Source of the DNA: a virus
Taxonomy: Duplodnaviria > Heunggongvirae > Uroviricota > Caudoviricetes
Length of the DNA stretch: 14,641 bases
Reading direction: 5' to 3' (one strand)
Virus record (IMG/VR): IMGVR_UViG_3300012347_000520
Coordinates: 1-14,641 of that record
In this document: positions 14,005-14,641 of the stretch, one piece after another
How positions within the stretch are numbered: position 1 is the stretch's first letter
Layout of the letters: every line of letters begins with the position of its first letter
Made by a program: the position numbers and the translations under genes
The notes under the pieces: model-generated
Seen by the model: only the letters and a program-made list of their open reading frames with translations
Database searches by the model: none
Told to the model about the DNA's origin: nothing

Positions 14005-14641
14005 ATGAGTTGGTATAATCCAAGCACATGGGCTGCTGATCTCCGAGAAAAACTTAATCCAGCGCAACAAGTTATTGGTCGTGAACAAGGCGTGTACATT
14101 GGTACCGATTCTTCAATTACCTACAAAACTGCGTTTGAAAAGCTTGAGACTGTAAGCCGTGGCGTTAATATGATCGTGTCAGGCTGCGCAAGCTTAGACT
14201 ACGATATCAAAGATAAAAAATTAGATGGTGTTGTAAATGGCGTGCGTCAAAAGACGTTAGCTACATTACTAAACTATGTCCCTAACCCGTATCAATCGGC
14301 ACAGGACTTTAGAATAAACATTTTTACTGACTTCATTCTAGAAGGTAACGTGTTTATTTACTACGATGGTGTACATTTATACCATTTACCTGCATCTAAC
14401 GTACAAATTGAAACTGACCCTAAAACGTTTGTGGCTGCATATCGCTACAATACGTCAATACTGTTCAAACCGTCAGAAATCATTCATATCAAAGATCTTT
14501 CTGCATCTAGCATTTATCGTGGAAGTTCACGTTTAATGAGTGCCGACAGAAACATCAAAATCTTGTATAAAATGCAAACGTTCCAAGAACAATTCTTCGA
14601 GAACGGTGCAGTTTCAGGATTGATCTTAACTAGTGATAATA
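14005..14641 (+). CDS. portal protein (T5-type), runs off window; not in ORF track
   Basis: AAGGA RBS; open frame MSWYNP...EKLNPAQ...PNPYQ...LEGNVFIYYDG...FFENGAVSGLIL. Confidence 0.92.
   Translation, partial: MSWYNPSTWAADLREKLNPAQQVIGREQGVYIGTDSSITYKTAFEKLETVSRGVNMIVSGCASLDYDIKDKKLDGVVNGVRQKTLATLLNYVPNPYQSAQDFRINIFTDFILEGNVFIYYDGVHLYHLPASNVQIETDPKTFVAAYRYNTSILFKPSEIIHIKDLSASSIYRGSSRLMSADRNIKILYKMQTFQEQFFENGAVSGLILTSDN

Noticed and set aside
10706-14099. ORFs 10706-11026(+), 12709-12936(+), 13869-14099(-)
   Set aside because: Overlap the A2-like gene, terL, HNH or portal in other frames.

Overview
Part of a T5-like (Demerecviridae-related) lytic phage genome. Homology calls come from my recall of T5 proteins plus visible motifs, not database searches. 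Left (1-3.6 kb, + strand): small hypothetical/membrane ORFs, a MazG-like gene, a homologue of a T5 pre-early ~330-aa protein and an A2/D3-like DNA-binding gene. 3.6-4.7 kb: an ORF-free, GC-richer, hairpin-dense stretch between convergent promoters. 4.7-11.3 kb: a compositionally distinct pre-early/terminal-repeat-like block of minus-strand genes (three more A2-like paralogues, Dmp-like HAD nucleotidase, DEDDh exonuclease, two HEXXH zincins, PQ-loop and PnuC-like 3-TM proteins, an SSB-tail-mimic peptide), most with their own sigma70-type promoter. Five copies of a plus-strand non-coding module divide this block into cassettes: TTGACA-N18-TATAAT with a covarying palindrome over the -10, then GGCGC, then an ACTTTTGTTT/AAACAAAAGT inverted repeat, with a terminator in three copies. 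Right (11.6-14.6 kb, + strand): terS, terL, HNH nicking endonuclease and portal (truncated). The 10-mer GACCCTAAAC occurs 9 times outside the cassette block and never inside it.
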